The notes under the pieces are model-generated. The model was not told where the DNA came from, ran no database searches, and saw only the letters and a list, made by a program, of their open reading frames with translations. DNA of 64,000 nucleotides from an uncultured delta proteobacterium (lineage in GTDB: Bacteria; Myxococcota_A; Polyangia; Polyangiales; Polyangiaceae), in the NCBI GenBank assembly GCA_963696385.1, contig CAVOKF010000008.1, positions 512,001-576,000 on the forward strand, given 5' to 3'. The translations under genes and the position numbers were made by a program. Within the stretch, counting starts at the first letter, position 1. Each line of letters opens with the position of its first letter. Shown one piece after another: positions 62,080 to 64,000 of this stretch.

Positions 62080-63820
62080 TCAGATGAGGTCGAGCAGCGC
62101 ATCCGAGAGCTCGTCGCTCCGGTCCATCACCTCGGCCGCTCTCGCCTCGATCGCGGCCGCCAGGGCGGCGGCGGCGGCCCGCGCGCGCTCCCGGCCGGCC
62201 TCGTTGCCGCCCTCCTTGTCGAGCGCCCGCGCGGCTCGTCCCAGCATCGCTTGTGCCAGCGACAGGTCGCCGTCGCTCGGGCCTTCGGCCGCCTCGGGAG
62301 CCGCGGCCCGCATCGCCTCGACCTCGGCGCCGGCGCGCCGGCGGTGCTGCTCGGTGAGGCGGTAGGGGCTGTCGGCGATCTGCACGTCGGCGCTCTGGCC
62401 TGAAGGCAGGTGCTGCGCTCGGACGTGGAGCACCCCCGAAAGATCGAGCTTGAAGGTCACCTCGACCGGAGCGCCGGCGGGGCCGGGAGGCAACGGATCG
62501 ACGCGCACGGTGCCGAGCTGGGTGTTGCCCGGAAGCCGCGGGTGCTCGCCCTGCACGATCGGCAACTCGGCCGCGCGCTGGTCGGCGACCATGGTGAAGA
62601 CCGTCTGCGTCCGCTCCACGGGCACGACCGTGTCCCTGGGGATGACCGCCGCCACAGCCAAATCCTCGGCTTCGCCTTCGAGGTAGTCCTCGTCGGCGAC
62701 CCCTACCGCCAGCGTGTGCGGCGTGATGTCCACGAGCACCTCGTCGATCTCGGCCCCGCCGATGCGCCCGGCCAGGATCGAAGCCCCCAGCGCGACGGCA
62801 CGGTCGGCGTCGAGATCCACATGCACCGGACGGCCCAAATGCGCAGCCACCATCCGCCGCACCAGCGGCATCTTGCTCGCCCCGCCGACCAGCAGGATCC
62901 GGCTGGCGTCGGCGGCGGAGATGCCGGCATCGCGCATCGCCGCCGCGATGTGTTCGAGCGTGCGCAGCACGAAGGGCCGCGCCGCCGCCTCGACATCTTC
63001 GCGGGTCAACGCGGAGATCGAGGTGGACGGCGTCGGCCCCCTCGCCGGCCAGGAAGGGATCGAAGAGGCGCACCTCGTCCTTGTCGGAGAGCGCGATCTT
63101 CGCTCGCTCGACGGCCTCCGCCAGCCGCGTCATGGCCCGCGGATCTTTTTCCACCGCCGCACGCTGAGCGCCCAGACGGCCGAGCACCCACTGGCCGAGC
63201 GCGTGGTCGATGTCGTCGCCTCCGAGGTGGGTGTCGCCGCGGCTAGCCCGCACTTCGAGCAGGCCTTCATCGCGTTCGAGGATGGAGACGTCGAACGTGC
63301 CGCCGCCCAGGTCGTAGACCAGGACCAGCTCCTCGGCACCGGACTGGTAGGTCAGGGCGGCGGCGGTGGGTTCGTTCACCAGCCGCTCCACCGTAAGCCC
63401 CGCCATCGCGCCCGCGTCGCGCGTCGCCTGCCGCTGCGCCTCGCCGAAATACGCCGGGACCGTGATGACGGCCCGGGTCGGACGGTGCCCGATCGCGGCC
63501 TCGGCTCGGTCGAGCAGCGCACCGAGAATGAGCGCGGAAATCTGCGGTGGCGAAAGCAGCTTGGTCCCCACCGCCAGGCGCGCCTCGGTGCCCATCTGTC
63601 GTTTCACGGAGACCACCGTGCCCGCCGGATCGAGCAGCCGGCGGTTCTTCGCGGATCGCCCCACGTACAGCTCGCCGGCCGGTCCGCCTCCGACCACGGA
63701 GGGCAAAAGCTCGACGCCGGAACTGTCGGCGAAGAGTTTCGCCTTGCCGTCCACCACCGCGCCGATGAGGGAGTTGGTCGTCCCCAGATCGATGCCGACC
63801 GGAAGCTGCTCGCTATTCAT
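62080..63820 (-). pseudogene. Hsp70/DnaK-family paralogue split by a +1 frameshift at about 63008
   Basis: GIDLGTTNS, ITVPAYF, NEPTAAAL, DLGGGTFDVS, HLGGDD in frame 1; LLVGGASKMP, VDITPHTL, IVQGE, VTFKLD in frame 2. Removing one base gives 579 aa. Confidence 0.9.
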
Positions 63821-64000
63821 GATCTCCTCACCGGATCGCCTTGGCTGTCCTCGGGGGGCGGTCGCGCACCCGACGCACCCCGGTTGCCGTTGGCTCCTGC
63901 GCCGCCCGCGCGGTCGGCATCCGCGACGACCACCTCGGCCTCGCGCAGAATCCGATCGCCGATCGCATAGCCCGGCCGCACGACCTCGACCACGGTGCCC
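63817..64000 (-). CDS. grpE: GrpE nucleotide exchange factor, C-terminal part (5'-truncated by the window edge)
   Basis: Hand translation GTVVEVVRPGYAIGDRILREAEVVV...; its TGA overlaps the Hsp70 ATG. Confidence 0.85.
   Translation of the reverse strand, partial: GTVVEVVRPGYAIGDRILREAEVVVADADRAGGAGANGNRGASGARPPPEDSQGDPVRRS

Overview
This is a very GC-rich (visually ~70%), gene-dense window. Gene content (PrkA/YeaH/SpoVR, a Ser/Thr kinase-fold protein, TPR/PEGA-like proteins, D/A/G-repeat lipoproteins, long-form HflX, a sigma-54 activator) suggests a myxobacterium, probably Polyangiaceae-like; this is an inference. Most genes are housekeeping or metabolic: oppDF-like ATPases, pdhABC, csp, glgX, malQ, pgsA, epmA, efp, surE-apt, hbd/crt-like genes, cysC, holB, thiE, hflX, and an Hsp70/GrpE paralogue pair at the right edge. 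An accessory-looking stretch at about 54.5-62 kb holds an MNT-HEPN toxin-antitoxin pair, a second small-protein/nucleotidyltransferase pair and a Uma2 nuclease. I found no tRNA, rRNA, CRISPR array, integrase or transposase. The best observations are: (1) hflX can only keep its conserved N-terminus by starting at a non-canonical ATT codon; (2) a 36-nt diverged duplicate of the efp 3' end borders the TA region; (3) a TPR-like protein carries two beta-clamp-type motifs; (4) a HEPN-like gene follows yeaH-spoVR; (5) an xxGGTC hexamer repeat is used in different frames and at convergent junctions; (6) four genes are broken by single +1 insertions, three of them at GATC, probably sequencing artefacts. 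All family calls come from reading motifs by eye, not from database searches. No single new multi-gene system can be firmly established from sequence alone.
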